Source of the DNA: Bacteroidales bacterium UBA1756
Lineage (GTDB): Bacteria; Bacteroidota; Bacteroidia; Bacteroidales; WCHB1-69
DNA: 64,000 nucleotides
Assembly (NCBI GenBank): GCA_002314795.1
Contig: DCHI01000031.1
Span: 2,157-66,156 of the forward strand
Reading direction: 5' to 3'
Shown here: positions 16,960 through 27,452 of the stretch, piece by piece
How positions within the stretch are numbered: position 1 is the first letter of the stretch
Layout of the letters: every line of letters starts with the position of its first letter
The notes under the pieces: model-generated
Database searches by the model: none
Seen by the model: the letters and a program-made list of their open reading frames with translations, nothing else
What the model was told of the DNA's origin: nothing
Made by a program: the position numbers and the translations under genes

Positions 16960-17930
16960 TTATCTGTGTTGCGTCTCCATATTTCGACACAGTTGCCGTC
17001 AAGGTCGTACCGTTCAACGCAGGTGGCGTCTCGTAACTCCGGTGCCCTGAGCCCCGCTCCCCACGTCTGATTCCCTGTTAGAATACGTGCCTCGTCCCAA
17101 AGATTGCTTTCTATGTAACTGTCTATTGTCTTTCGTCCACCCTCCACAATCACAGATTGCATCGCGTCGTTGTAAAGCTGCTCTAAAGCTAATTCTGGAA
17201 CGACTGGTAGATAATTAAATCCTTCTATGTTAGGAAGTTCGTCGGCGTTTCGTGCGGCTATGTACCTTGCGGGGTCCTTTCCTTGGAAAAACCGCGTCGT
17301 TAACTGCGGGCGGTCATTGATGTACGTCCGGTAACCGACCATAATGGACTGCTCCTCACTGCGCCAGCGATGAGTCAGCACGCGGACGGCTTCGTTCGTT
17401 ATCCAGTATTTCCCATTCGGATTTTTCGAGCGGTCAATGTCCATATACCCATCGGCAGTTTGCGCCCATTTGAGAATGACGTAGGGTCTTTTTTTAATGT
17501 GATAGGTGAAGAATCGTTTGTTGAGCTCGTCGCACTCTTCTATCAAAATTCCTGTAACAACTTCAATGCCAGCTTCTTTCATTTTTTGAATCCCTTTGCC
17601 ATTCACTTTCTCGTTTGGGTCTGTGGAGCCAATGACGACGCGTGGAATTCGTAATTCGATAATTTTGTCAGCGCAAGGAGGTGTTTTCCCATAGTGGGAA
17701 CAGGGCTCCAAACTAACGTAAATTGTGGATTTCTTTAAAAGAGAAAGGTCTTTAACGGAACGTATGGCGTTAATCTCGGCGTGCGCTTCACCGTATTTCT
17801 GATGAAATCCTTCCCCGATAATTTGTCCGTCACAGACAATGACGGCGCCTACCATCGGGTTGGGCTGAACGTTCCCTAAACCGTTTTTTGCTAATTCAAT
17901 GCAACGTCGGATGTAGAAACTGTCTTCCAT
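16950..17930 (-). CDS. ribD: bifunctional riboflavin biosynthesis deaminase/reductase RibD
   Basis: Start chosen at MEDSFYIRRC (ATG 17930), abutting the upstream stop. Deaminase zinc motifs HAEINAI and PCSHYGKTPPC, with a C-terminal reductase domain. Confidence 0.9.
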   Translation of the reverse strand: MEDSFYIRRCIELAKNGLGNVQPNPMVGAVIVCDGQIIGEGFHQKYGEAHAEINAIRSVKDLSLLKKSTIYVSLEPCSHYGKTPPCADKIIELRIPRVVIGSTDPNEKVNGKGIQKMKEAGIEVVTGILIEECDELNKRFFTYHIKKRPYVILKWAQTADGYMDIDRSKNPNGKYWITNEAVRVLTHRWRSEEQSIMVGYRTYINDRPQLTTRFFQGKDPARYIAARNADELPNIEGFNYLPVVPELALEQLYNDAMQSVIVEGGRKTIDSYIESNLWDEARILTGNQTWGAGLRAPELRDATCVERYDLDGNCVEIWRRNTDNQK

Positions 17931-17932
17931 CA

Positions 17933-19879
17933 CTACAGCGTCCGGTTGTTTTGGAGAACCCAACTCAAGTAGAGTAGCGCGGCAACGCTCCAAGCTTGTG
18001 ATATGCAACCATTCTGACGATGTGGCGGAGCTCCATCGAAAATCTCTCCAATGGTGGAAATACCATACTCTCGAATGTCGCTTTCAAACTCAAATAATAT
18101 TTTGTCAAGGACGGGAATCGCCTTCTTCCCATAAACGGTGAACATTCCGTTGGTAAAAGGTATCAGCAGCCACGGCCAGCACGTGCCTTGATGGTAGGCA
18201 CCATCGCGGGTGGCCTGGTCTCCGGCATAGTAGCCCTTGTAGTCGGGGTCGTTTGGTGATAATGTCCGAAATCCTCTCACGGTGAGGAGTTCTTCCATAC
18301 ATTTTTTTAGAATCAGTTGGCGAATCTTTTCACTGATAGCAGAGTGGGGGAGCCCGGCGGCAATCAGCATATTCGGACGGACTTGAAAATTTTTGTAGTC
18401 ACCGTCAACATAATCAGCAAGATAGCCTTGCTCTTTCGACCAAAACGTTTCTTTGAAAACGGTAGGGAAATTTTTGATAATCTCTTTCCATTCTTCCTCA
18501 AACGCTTTGTCCTTTGCATAATGCGCCATTTCGGATGAAAAACATAATGCGTTGTACCACAATGCGTTAATCTCGACTTGACATCCCGTACGTGGGGTGA
18601 CGGGCTTGCCGTTAACCACCGCGTCCATCCAGGTAAGTGCCTTTCCTTCACATCCGGCATAGATGAGCCCGTTTTCCATCATTTTGATATTGTACATAGA
18701 TCCTGTCTTGTACGCATTCAAAATGGATTTGAGGGATGAGCCGTATTCTTGCCATATTTTTCTTTCCGTGGAGGTGAAAGTGGCGTACTGTTGCAAAGTC
18801 CGTACGAACCAGAGCGGAGCATCCACCGAGTTATAGGCGCAGTCATCGCCGGCTCCCATATTGGGGAAAAGTCCGTTTTTTAATTCTGTCAACATACTGT
18901 TCATCACCTCTTTGCAAAGTTCCGGTTTGTTTAATGCCAGACTAAGTCCCGGCAAGGCAATGAAGGTGTCGCGGCCCCAGCGTCCGAACCACGGATAGCC
19001 GGCAATCACTTCCGTTTTGCCGTTGCGTTTGACGATGAATTGTTCGGCCGCATTTTGCAGACAGTTGAAATAGGTGCTTCGGTTTGTGTGCTTTTTCAGT
19101 TCGTCGGCATACAAACTATGAAGCGTGTCCGTATCGATGGGCTCGGTGCCCATCGTAATGTAAAGGACTTGATTCTTGAGTTTTACACTGATTTTTCCGG
19201 GATTGAGAAGATCCTCAATTCCGTCGTATCCGCGTTTGATTTCTTCTTCATATTCAAAATTGTTATACCAAACGGGATGATGTTCGTAAAAGATTTCTTC
19301 AGAACATTGAATATAGACTGGTGTGTAATTATCGTATAAACAATATCTTACACCATTTTTGCAATTTCCATAATTGGTATTGGCAGCATCATTCTGATGT
19401 GTCAGTTTATGAATCTGTCGGAATGCGAGCAGCGGCTGGAACTGGAACGAGACGGACTCTACGTCGTCTAAAATGGTATAGCGAATGATTAAGCGGTCAG
19501 CGTTGTTGAGAAAAAGAATTTCGCTTTTGAAATTGAATTTTCCTACTCGAAAGTAGTATGTTGGAACGGGCTCAGCAACAAAACGTTGCATATATTTGTT
19601 CCCCTTTGGATCAATGATTCCGCCTTTGTATTGATGGATTCCCAAACGGAATTCCATATCATTCATAATGACGCTTTCGTTCAGATTGGATACTAAGACG
19701 TGGCGTTCATTGTCAATTCTATCTTGAGGAACAATGAACAGTCCGTGGTACTTTCGTGTGTTGAGACGAAGGAGTGTAGTAGTGGCAAATGCTCCGGTGC
19801 GGCTGCATCGAAGCAGTTCCCGAGATTTGGCGTATTCAATATTAACCAGTTTCTCCTTTTCAAATTCTATGTAATTCAT
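17933..19879 (-). CDS. glycogen debranching enzyme family protein (amylo-alpha-1,6-glucosidase type)
   Basis: 648 aa. The N-terminal GDE_N-like region (TRKYHGL) and a C-terminal alpha/alpha-barrel region (GYPWFGRWGRDTFI, TCWPWL) resemble the archaeal-type GDE family. Confidence 0.8.
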   Translation of the reverse strand: MNYIEFEKEKLVNIEYAKSRELLRCSRTGAFATTTLLRLNTRKYHGLFIVPQDRIDNERHVLVSNLNESVIMNDMEFRLGIHQYKGGIIDPKGNKYMQRFVAEPVPTYYFRVGKFNFKSEILFLNNADRLIIRYTILDDVESVSFQFQPLLAFRQIHKLTHQNDAANTNYGNCKNGVRYCLYDNYTPVYIQCSEEIFYEHHPVWYNNFEYEEEIKRGYDGIEDLLNPGKISVKLKNQVLYITMGTEPIDTDTLHSLYADELKKHTNRSTYFNCLQNAAEQFIVKRNGKTEVIAGYPWFGRWGRDTFIALPGLSLALNKPELCKEVMNSMLTELKNGLFPNMGAGDDCAYNSVDAPLWFVRTLQQYATFTSTERKIWQEYGSSLKSILNAYKTGSMYNIKMMENGLIYAGCEGKALTWMDAVVNGKPVTPRTGCQVEINALWYNALCFSSEMAHYAKDKAFEEEWKEIIKNFPTVFKETFWSKEQGYLADYVDGDYKNFQVRPNMLIAAGLPHSAISEKIRQLILKKCMEELLTVRGFRTLSPNDPDYKGYYAGDQATRDGAYHQGTCWPWLLIPFTNGMFTVYGKKAIPVLDKILFEFESDIREYGISTIGEIFDGAPPHRQNGCISQAWSVAALLYLSWVLQNNRTL

Positions 19880-19906
19880 ACCATTATCTTTTTAGCAAAA
19901 AGGGTG

Positions 19907-19914
19907 CAAATATA
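19907..19914 (-). promoter_or_regulatory. Bacteroidota -7 box (TATATTTG)
   Basis: The minus strand reads TATATTTGCACCC, 28 nt upstream of the ATG at 19879. Confidence 0.5.
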
Positions 19915-19945
19915 CATTAAATTACAATTCAATGTTAGAGGAATT

Positions 19946-20515
19946 TTATATATCGTCGGCAAGAATCTCGCCACGGGGATTGCGAACGGTGTATTTGGTG
20001 AAACGGTCGTCCGCGTCAAAACCGTCGCCGATGTTGACGGTTCCGTCTGCGCGAATCTGGCGCACTTGGACATCGGAGAAGATGCGTTTGTCTCGTTTGT
20101 TCCACACGATCTTTTCAGTTTTGATGGTGTCTCCTTTTTTCAAATTGGTGATGACCACGTTGCTGTGCGCTTCCATTTTTTCCGTAGCTTCCTCGCTGAT
20201 GGCGTAGTCCGCCGTCATAATGGCTTCAGCCACCCCCTCATTGTCGTAGGAAATGATTTTGATACCTTGCGGACAGTCCATATAAGGTAAGTCCCCGCCG
20301 TATTTGTTGAGGATAGGGGAGAAGAGCTCGAAACTGACTCGTCCTGAGTCGCTGAACGAGAGGGCAACATCCTTCGCAGACTCGTCTGGAAATTTCCCAT
20401 TGAACTCAAGCAATTCATTTTTAGAAAATTCCTGTGAACCGCAGGATATAAAAAGCACCCCAAACAAAAGGTAAAGGGTGCTCTTTATAGATGTTTTAAT
20501 AAAAACGCTCATCAT
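19946..20515 (-). CDS. lptC: LPS export periplasmic protein LptC-like (OstA-fold)
   Basis: 189 aa with an N-terminal anchor and FISCGS lipobox. The beta-rich body and the context downstream of coaX and a TPR gene match the usual Bacteroidales lptC neighbourhood. Confidence 0.65.
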   Translation of the reverse strand: MMSVFIKTSIKSTLYLLFGVLFISCGSQEFSKNELLEFNGKFPDESAKDVALSFSDSGRVSFELFSPILNKYGGDLPYMDCPQGIKIISYDNEGVAEAIMTADYAISEEATEKMEAHSNVVITNLKKGDTIKTEKIVWNKRDKRIFSDVQVRQIRADGTVNIGDGFDADDRFTKYTVRNPRGEILADDI

Positions 20516-21960
20516 TAGCGAACGGTTGTGTTTTCTTGTATCCAGCAGCCAACGTGATAGGACTGGCCTGCACTAAGTCCGCGTTTGAATGTTTCTTCCA
20601 GAGGAACTTTGGGAAGTCTTGCGCGTTTAGCATTGGCGTCGGCGGCCACGCTTGCGTCAACAGAAGCGGCTTTGGAGTATTTGTCAGCAGCAGCCCAGTA
20701 AGCAGCACCCGGAACGACGTTCGGATCGTCGGAGTTGCAACGGCCAGCGGAAGCAGCGTACAAGTCTCCAATCAGGATGTATGCCTTGCCATAGTTGGGG
20801 CGAATTTTCAAAGCATTGTATGCCATCTGTCTGGCTTCTGAGAAGTTGTTCTTTTTCAAATAAATAGTTCCAAGCAAATAGTAGGGTTCTACTTTCTGCT
20901 CATTGGTTTGGTATAAGCTGATGGCTTCATTGATGTAGGAAGCTGCTTTGTCAAAGTCATTCAATTGAGAAATACTGAGAACGCCCATCATATAAGCAGT
21001 TTCTGCACTCGGCTGAGCTTTGTGTACGATTTCCAAAGCTTTGCGGAACGTTTCGGAATTGTGGCAACCACGCTTGTGCATCGTACCGACAATCTTTACA
21101 AGAGCAGGAATATTATCTTTGTTCTCTTCTACCTTGCTGCTATAAACTTTTTCCAAAACTTCGCAGTCGGCGTAAGGAACGAACATAGCTTCGATTTTGC
21201 CGATGGTCTTTTCATAGTTTTTCACCAGTGCCATTTGGCGGGTTGTGTCCTGCGTGAGTTTTTTCAACTCTTTGTCATAGACAATCTTGTCAATTTCTGC
21301 TGATTCGAATTTCTTTTGGAGAACTTCAAATTGAGGAAGATCTTCTTCGTATTTTTTCCAAGCATTGATGATGGCTTCGTCAATGTATTCGGTTGCTCTT
21401 TCGTATGCGTCAATGACGATGTTTGTGTCTTTTCGGACGATAACGAACTGTGTTGCAAGACGGAAGTAGCAGTCCCATACAACGGGCTGTGTAGCCGACT
21501 TTTCCATTTCAACGGACTTGATACAGTTTTCAAAAGCTTCTTCCACTTTTTCCATACTTTTGTTGCGATACATCATCGTATAATAGGCCTGATAACCAAT
21601 ACCTTGTCCTTTGGAGAATGATTTCGGGAAGGATGCCGGATAGATGTCGTACGTCCAAAGCAGAGTGTCGATGAGTCGTTCTCTGCGAGCGGAGTCTTTT
21701 TCTTCTTTAATCATAGCTTGCAGCATCTTGGGAGCATTTTGGTACATACCGCTCCAAGCGCACGGGCATTTCGTGACTACGGATTGCCAAGCGGAATAAG
21801 CGTCTTCCCAATGTTTTGCCTTGAAGTGCATATTGAATGCTGTTACGTTCCCGAGGCAAGCGATAGAGTCTTCTTCTGTGGCACCATACTGGAAGCTACA
21901 TTGTGCATTTGCTGTCCAAGCACACAAGATGACTGCGACTACTAAAAGTAATTTCTTCAT
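20515..21960 (-). CDS. tetratricopeptide-repeat protein, secreted
   Basis: Signal peptide (AWTANAQ). TPR-like helical repeats in the C-terminal half (YLLGTIYLKKNNFSEARQMAYNALKIRPNYGKAY). Confidence 0.55.
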   Translation of the reverse strand: MKKLLLVVAVILCAWTANAQCSFQYGATEEDSIACLGNVTAFNMHFKAKHWEDAYSAWQSVVTKCPCAWSGMYQNAPKMLQAMIKEEKDSARRERLIDTLLWTYDIYPASFPKSFSKGQGIGYQAYYTMMYRNKSMEKVEEAFENCIKSVEMEKSATQPVVWDCYFRLATQFVIVRKDTNIVIDAYERATEYIDEAIINAWKKYEEDLPQFEVLQKKFESAEIDKIVYDKELKKLTQDTTRQMALVKNYEKTIGKIEAMFVPYADCEVLEKVYSSKVEENKDNIPALVKIVGTMHKRGCHNSETFRKALEIVHKAQPSAETAYMMGVLSISQLNDFDKAASYINEAISLYQTNEQKVEPYYLLGTIYLKKNNFSEARQMAYNALKIRPNYGKAYILIGDLYAASAGRCNSDDPNVVPGAAYWAAADKYSKAASVDASVAADANAKRARLPKVPLEETFKRGLSAGQSYHVGCWIQENTTVR

Positions 21961-21991
21961 AGTTTTATTTTTTTGATTGATAAATTATTCT

Positions 21992-23281
21992 TTAATCGAG
22001 TTTGACACGTTGATACCATTTTTCTTGCAGTGTGAAGTGGAGAGAGAATCGGAAGTAATTGTCTCTCAACAGGTCGTTGGCGTGGGTCCCCATAATTCCG
22101 TATTCAAACAGCACCCCGATGGACGAGTTGAAGGAGTAGGATTTGAACGGGAATCCAAGACCGAGTGAAAAACTGAAGTCAGTGATTGCCGTATTGCCAT
22201 CTCCTGTCGGAATGGTGATGTAGCCAGAAGTATAACGCGCGCCGGCACGAATTCGTATCCTTTTAAAATATTTTGTTGAATTGGCATCCGGAATGAATTG
22301 CAAACCAAAGTTGTACGTCATTGAGTTTTTCAAGTTCTCACTGTTCGGGGACGCAGACATATAGTATCTTTTCCAATCCTGCCACGTGGCATCCGCTGTA
22401 ACACAAACCTTTTCTTTAAATTGATACGAAATTCCGCCCCCAATGGTTTGTGGAAGTTTCATATTCCCTTTCGTCTTGGCATAGTTGATCGTATCTACGG
22501 CTGTGGAACTGGTACTTGAAAAGTTATAGACGTAATCGGTCTGACGTGTCCAAACGTATGCACTGGTTTCATACACCAAACCAAAACCGAGTTTGTGTTT
22601 GTTATTGATGTTGCAAAAATACTGAACACCGGCGGAAATATTGATGCCGTCAATGTCCGTAATGCGGTTTACCATCGTGTGGAAGAAGTTTGTTCCATCA
22701 AAGATAGCTGCTTTTTCGTAGTTGAGTTTTCCAAACACGTACGAAACGTTCAAGCCGATGGAAAGCCCTTTGTAAATCTTGAAAGCATTTCCCCAATACA
22801 ATTGCAGTAAACCACCGTCGCCAGCATATTGATAATTAACGGTTCCGACATTTTTTACATCTCTGATGTCCAATATGTTATAACCGAGGTTGCTATACTG
22901 CATAACGCCGGCAGATGTTCTCCAGTGTTTTGTAACCGGCAGCCCGATACAAAAGTAAGTGGGACGGGCGTAGGTAGCTTTTTGGGAAATGCTGTATGTG
23001 GAAAGCGTACTGGAATAGATGCTGAAAGCAATGTCCGCAGTAAATGACAGCGAGTCAAAACCGACGTAGGATGCGGGGTTCTTGAAGTTGATTAGGTACG
23101 GGTCTTGCATTGCATAGCCAACTCGGCCCATCGCATCGTACGCTCCGGTGCTTGTTTCACTGAGCAAACCGATGCCATACATCGAGTAGGGTGAACTAAT
23201 CTCGTTTTGGGCAATAGACAATAGTGTGCCCGAAAGCAAGATTAAAGCAGCTATGAAATATTTATATATGTGTTTCAACAT
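21992..23281 (-). CDS. hypothetical outer-membrane beta-barrel protein
   Basis: Signal peptide (LLSIAQNE), a G/Y/S-rich alternating strand pattern, and an aromatic-rich C-terminal region. Confidence 0.55.
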   Translation of the reverse strand: MLKHIYKYFIAALILLSGTLLSIAQNEISSPYSMYGIGLLSETSTGAYDAMGRVGYAMQDPYLINFKNPASYVGFDSLSFTADIAFSIYSSTLSTYSISQKATYARPTYFCIGLPVTKHWRTSAGVMQYSNLGYNILDIRDVKNVGTVNYQYAGDGGLLQLYWGNAFKIYKGLSIGLNVSYVFGKLNYEKAAIFDGTNFFHTMVNRITDIDGINISAGVQYFCNINNKHKLGFGLVYETSAYVWTRQTDYVYNFSSTSSTAVDTINYAKTKGNMKLPQTIGGGISYQFKEKVCVTADATWQDWKRYYMSASPNSENLKNSMTYNFGLQFIPDANSTKYFKRIRIRAGARYTSGYITIPTGDGNTAITDFSFSLGLGFPFKSYSFNSSIGVLFEYGIMGTHANDLLRDNYFRFSLHFTLQEKWYQRVKLD

Positions 23282-23999
23282 TATGTATCAATATTTTGTA
23301 TAACCCGTGCAGGACAAAATTTGGGGCGGCAAATATCGGAAATTTTATTGATTCGTCCAAATCATTTTTATTTCCTCCGGTGAGTACCACCTTGACGTCT
23401 CCGTATGTTTCCGTGTAACGTTGGATTGCCCCGTTGATTTCATCTGTTAGCCCGTTTATGACGCCGCATCGGATGGACTCCGCAGTCGTTGTCCCAACCA
23501 GGTTACAGGATGTAGTGCTTTCGATAAGTGGCAGTCGTTCAGTAAATTGATGGAGCGCTTTGAAACGCATTTGTAGTCCGGGCGATATGGATCCACCGAG
23601 GTATTCCGCATCTTTATTGACAAAATCCATAACCAAACAAGTTCCTGCTTGAATGGAAAGGACATTTTCATTTGGAAACATTGCATTAGCCGCAACGGCG
23701 TTTGCAATCCGGTCTAAACCAAGCGTTTGTGGAGTTTTGTATTTTAATACAATGGGCAGTCGGGTCTGATGTGAGAAGGTGAAAATGGGTACTCGGTCGT
23801 GAAGAAAACTTTCAATCTCTGTTATGTCCGTGCCGACATTGGATACGATGGCGCGTCCGATGCTGTATTTCTCAAAATATGAAATAAGAATTTCCTTGTC
23901 AATGTGCGGACTTTCTGCGAAAGCAATCATTTCACCTTCGTATGAAAACACAGCCGCCTTTTGCAGCGTGTTGCCCGCATCTATGGCAAGGAAATCCAT
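23262..23999 (-). CDS. coaX: type III pantothenate kinase
   Basis: 245 aa with the N-terminal AIDAGNT phosphate-binding motif and an ASKHA-fold pattern. Confidence 0.85.
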   Translation of the reverse strand: MDFLAIDAGNTLQKAAVFSYEGEMIAFAESPHIDKEILISYFEKYSIGRAIVSNVGTDITEIESFLHDRVPIFTFSHQTRLPIVLKYKTPQTLGLDRIANAVAANAMFPNENVLSIQAGTCLVMDFVNKDAEYLGGSISPGLQMRFKALHQFTERLPLIESTTSCNLVGTTTAESIRCGVINGLTDEINGAIQRYTETYGDVKVVLTGGNKNDLDESIKFPIFAAPNFVLHGLYKILIHNVETHI

Positions 24000-24020
24000 T
24001 TCGGTTGCGAATAGTTTCTA

Positions 24021-25361
24021 TTAGAGGTAAGGCGCAAGAACCTTTCGCGCTTCTTCCATTTTTGCATCAAGCAGTTCTTGGGAAGTCGCTTCCATCAATA
24101 GACGAAGGTAAGGTTCTGTATTTGAAGGTCTTACATTGAACCACCAATCTTTAAACTCAATGCGGTAACCATCAAAGTCCATAAATTCCGTGGATGTTTC
24201 TTTTTGCATAAAGTAAGCTTTCATCGCATCCATCGCTTCCTTCTTTTTCTCGACTTTGAAGTTCACTTCTCCAGAGTTAGCGTAGGTTGCAATCTGCGCG
24301 ATGAGTTCGGAAGCGGAAATGCCTTTTTTCTTCATTTCGCTCAAAACGTGAAGAATGACTTGCGATGCAATCATTGCGGAATCAGAATAGTAGAAATCAC
24401 GGAAATAGTAGTGACCGGCGAATTCGCCTCCGAAGGCTCCATCGATTTCACGCAACTTGAGGGCCGCGTAAGCACGCCCCACGCGCCAGATATATACGTC
24501 ACGTCCGAGTTTCTTGATGTATTCAGTTACTGATTTTGAGGTGCGAATGTCTTGAATGGCCATCCCTTGCACGCCTTTTTCTTTAATGAAATAGAGTCCG
24601 AGTACGGCAATCATCAGGTCGGGTGAAATGAATTTTCCTTTCTCATCCACGAACATCACGCGGTCGGCATCGCCGTCGTATATCACACCGATGTCGGCTT
24701 TTTCTTTCAAGACGAGCGCTTGCAAATCCTTGACATTCTGCGGTTCCAACGGGTTCGCTTCGTGATGCGGGAATGTGCCGTCTAATTCATCATACATATA
24801 CACGGGTGCGTCGCCAAACAAATCTTTCACCAAAATGGAAGACATACCGTTGGAGCAGTCCATCGCAATTTTCAAGTTGCTGATATCGTATGAGTACTGT
24901 TTCTGAAATTCGATGTATTCAGCTTTCACATCGTGAGGAATGATTTTCCCCTTCTCTGTTACGGGAACGGGTGTTTCCTTGATCATCTGTTCCAGTTCAC
25001 CCAAGCCCGTGTCATAACCGACAGGAAGGGCGTTCGTGCGGGAAACTTTCAAGCCATTGTGCTCTTTCGGGTTGTGCGAAGCCGTAATCATAACGGAAGC
25101 GTCGAACTGATGTTTTGCCGTAAAATAATAGACCATTGGCGTCGTCGTGAGCCCCATATCGTAAACGTCGGCTCCCGAATCCGTGATTCCTTTGGTGAGG
25201 GATTCAAACATCGCAGGGGAGGAGACACGCATATCGCGTCCCACGAGTACTTTATTGACTTTTAATAATTTAGGAAGGAAGAATCCGATTCTGTAGATGT
25301 CGTCCAAGGTGTAATCTTTTCCATAAACACCTCTGAAATCGTAAGCTTTAAATGCAGACAT
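24021..25361 (-). CDS. phosphomannomutase/phosphoglucomutase family protein
   Basis: Phosphoserine loop TASHNPKEHNGLK, Mg site DGDADR, and N-terminal FKAYDFRG. Confidence 0.85.
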   Translation of the reverse strand: MSAFKAYDFRGVYGKDYTLDDIYRIGFFLPKLLKVNKVLVGRDMRVSSPAMFESLTKGITDSGADVYDMGLTTTPMVYYFTAKHQFDASVMITASHNPKEHNGLKVSRTNALPVGYDTGLGELEQMIKETPVPVTEKGKIIPHDVKAEYIEFQKQYSYDISNLKIAMDCSNGMSSILVKDLFGDAPVYMYDELDGTFPHHEANPLEPQNVKDLQALVLKEKADIGVIYDGDADRVMFVDEKGKFISPDLMIAVLGLYFIKEKGVQGMAIQDIRTSKSVTEYIKKLGRDVYIWRVGRAYAALKLREIDGAFGGEFAGHYYFRDFYYSDSAMIASQVILHVLSEMKKKGISASELIAQIATYANSGEVNFKVEKKKEAMDAMKAYFMQKETSTEFMDFDGYRIEFKDWWFNVRPSNTEPYLRLLMEATSQELLDAKMEEARKVLAPYL

Positions 25362-25438
25362 AATAATAGTTTTAATGAAATCAAAGTATTTTTAACGGAG
25401 GAAAAAGAAAAAAATTGCATCGGGCGCGGCGGAAAGCG

Positions 25439-26026
25439 CTACATCGGTTTGACGAGATTTTCCCAACGGTAGAAAGCGTAACTTTTGATGTCGTACAAAA
25501 GGTTGTAAAAAACGCGTCCCCAGTAACTTTTGGTCCCGAAACCTCCGGGAACCTTGAGGAACTTTTCGCAAAGTACGGGCTCGCGAGTTGCCGTTTCGGA
25601 AATCACCACCCATACGGAGCCGGTCTTGCTGATTGAATCAAAGGATTCTACAAGGAAAAACAGCGCAAAACGGTGCTGCTGGGGAACGTCAATCTGACGT
25701 ACATATTCACAGATTCCTTCCTCCGTCAGCATAGCTTCTATGCCGATGTTGCTGCACAAAACGTTCCCGATTTTGACGCTTTTGTTTATTTTCGTTGTGC
25801 GCGACAAGTCGTAAGACATCACCGGTTTGCGGAAACTCATTCGTATGTCGTATTTTTTCTGGTCGGAAATGATGAGCATATTCCATTCATTGAAGTACAT
25901 ACGAAGGGCATCCTGTGTCAGTTCGAATCCTTTCCTCGTGAATTTGGCTTTGGTGAAATCTATCCCTAACCACAAAATCTCTTTTGCGTCTAAAAATTCA
26001 GTAAAAAGGGAAGGATTCAAATACAT
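25439..26026 (-). CDS. hypothetical cytoplasmic protein
   Basis: 195-aa ORF in an operon-like position downstream of the M23 gene. I recognise no motif. Confidence 0.5.
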   Translation of the reverse strand: MYLNPSLFTEFLDAKEILWLGIDFTKAKFTRKGFELTQDALRMYFNEWNMLIISDQKKYDIRMSFRKPVMSYDLSRTTKINKSVKIGNVLCSNIGIEAMLTEEGICEYVRQIDVPQQHRFALFFLVESFDSISKTGSVWVVISETATREPVLCEKFLKVPGGFGTKSYWGRVFYNLLYDIKSYAFYRWENLVKPM

Positions 26027-26035
26027 AGTTGCAAT

Positions 26036-27295
26036 TTATCGAGCGAGCCAGTTGCTTGGATTGAGGTGGGAGGTGTTCTTCCACAACTCAAAATGAAGTT
26101 CGTAAGTGTTTGATGATGTGTTTCTTGCTACCGTTCCGATGGCCTGTTTCGTGGAAACTTTGTCTCCCTTCTTTACAGAAACACTTCCAAGATTTTGATA
26201 AACCGTCATATATTCGCCGTGTTTGATGATGACGATTTTCGTTCCCACGTAGTCTAAAACGCTGGTGACCTCACCTTGAAAGACGGAACGGACGGTGGCG
26301 CCGGCCTCGGTGGCAAGGTCGATTCCGTTGTTTTGCATTGTAACCGATGGCACGTCCGGATGTGGATATGTGCCGAAGTCTCTGATTTTGGCGCATTTGG
26401 CAACGGGCCACGGCAATTTTCCCTGGTTGCTTGCAAAGTTGCTGCTGAGCGCTTTCTCCTCTTTGGTCATCACCATCTCGGATGAAGATTCGGTTTTCCC
26501 TTTCGAGGTCGTTGCTGTGGAATTGTTCTTTTTATTCTTGCTGTTGGCTGCCTTGATTTCGGCCTCGATGGCCTTTTTAATGGCGTTGTCAAGTTTCTTT
26601 TGTTCCTGCTGTTTCTTTTTGATTTCAGCAGCCAACTGTTTCTCTTTCTTTTTCAGATTGTTGGTGAGTTGGTCCTTTTCTTTTTTCTCCTTTTCCAAAG
26701 CAGAAAGCTGTCTCTCGTGTCCTTCGAGAAGAGTAACCTTCTCATCCTTAATCATTTGAATTTGGACTTCCTTCTCGTGAATCTCTTTCTGAGTGGCCTC
26801 GATTTGCTCTACTTGCGCTTTCACGTTGTCGGCGAAAATGGTATAGAATTTCAGACGGCGGAAAAGTTGTCCGAAATTGTCGGAAGATAGCAGAAAAAGA
26901 AGTTTGTTCGTTTGACGGCGGTTCTTGTAAGCGTTGTAAACCAACGTGGAATAGTCCGCTTTCATATATTCTAATTTGCGGTCTAAACTCTTGGAAAGCT
27001 TTACGTTAAGTTCCATTTCTTCTTCCAAAGAAGAAATCTCTCCGTTCAATGCGAGGATGAATTGTTCTCTGTTGTTGATTTGTTTGCGCAGAACAGAAAG
27101 TTGCTGAAGAGAGGCGTTCTTGTTTTTCCGTGTTTGGTTTAAAATGGCCTGAGTGTCGTTTATTTCATTTTCCAATTTCTGTTTGTTGCGTTTGAGTTGC
27201 TCGCTCTTTTTTTGCGCAGAAACATCTACTGCGGCAAGGAGAGCCACAATCGCAAAAAAGATGGAAAATATCTTAATGTATCGAGAAATGTGCAC
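26036..27295 (-). CDS. M23-family peptidase with a long coiled coil (EnvC-like)
   Basis: Signal peptide, about 250 aa of K/E/Q-rich coiled coil, and a C-terminal LytM domain (GIDLAT..., YELHFELW). Confidence 0.8.
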   Translation of the reverse strand: MHISRYIKIFSIFFAIVALLAAVDVSAQKKSEQLKRNKQKLENEINDTQAILNQTRKNKNASLQQLSVLRKQINNREQFILALNGEISSLEEEMELNVKLSKSLDRKLEYMKADYSTLVYNAYKNRRQTNKLLFLLSSDNFGQLFRRLKFYTIFADNVKAQVEQIEATQKEIHEKEVQIQMIKDEKVTLLEGHERQLSALEKEKKEKDQLTNNLKKKEKQLAAEIKKKQQEQKKLDNAIKKAIEAEIKAANSKNKKNNSTATTSKGKTESSSEMVMTKEEKALSSNFASNQGKLPWPVAKCAKIRDFGTYPHPDVPSVTMQNNGIDLATEAGATVRSVFQGEVTSVLDYVGTKIVIIKHGEYMTVYQNLGSVSVKKGDKVSTKQAIGTVARNTSSNTYELHFELWKNTSHLNPSNWLAR

Positions 27296-27353
27296 GATAT
27301 TATTCGTTTTAAATACTTAATATACAACAATGTTCTTATAAACAATGCAGGTG

Positions 27354-27361
27354 GCAAATTT
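27354..27361 (-). promoter_or_regulatory. Bacteroidota -7 box (TAAATTTG) for the M23 gene
   Basis: The minus strand reads TAAATTTGCCACC, 59 nt upstream of the ATG at 27295. Confidence 0.5.
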
Positions 27362-27430
27362 ACATCTGCTTGCGCTTTTTCTGTCTGTGCTTTTGTTCAA
27401 ATTATTCACAAATAAATGTGAAAAAAGTGC

Positions 27431-27438
27431 TACTTTTG
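27431..27438 (+). promoter_or_regulatory. Bacteroidota -7 box (TACTTTTG) for pssA
   Basis: TACTTTTGCCGCC lies 15 nt upstream of the ATG at 27453, implying a very short leader. Confidence 0.5.
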
Positions 27439-27452
27439 CCGCCAAATTTTTG

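Noticed and set aside
26450-26900. Apparent repetitive DNA in the M23 peptidase gene
   Set aside because: It reflects a K/E/Q-rich coiled-coil coding region with low-complexity codon usage. It is not a discrete tandem DNA repeat.
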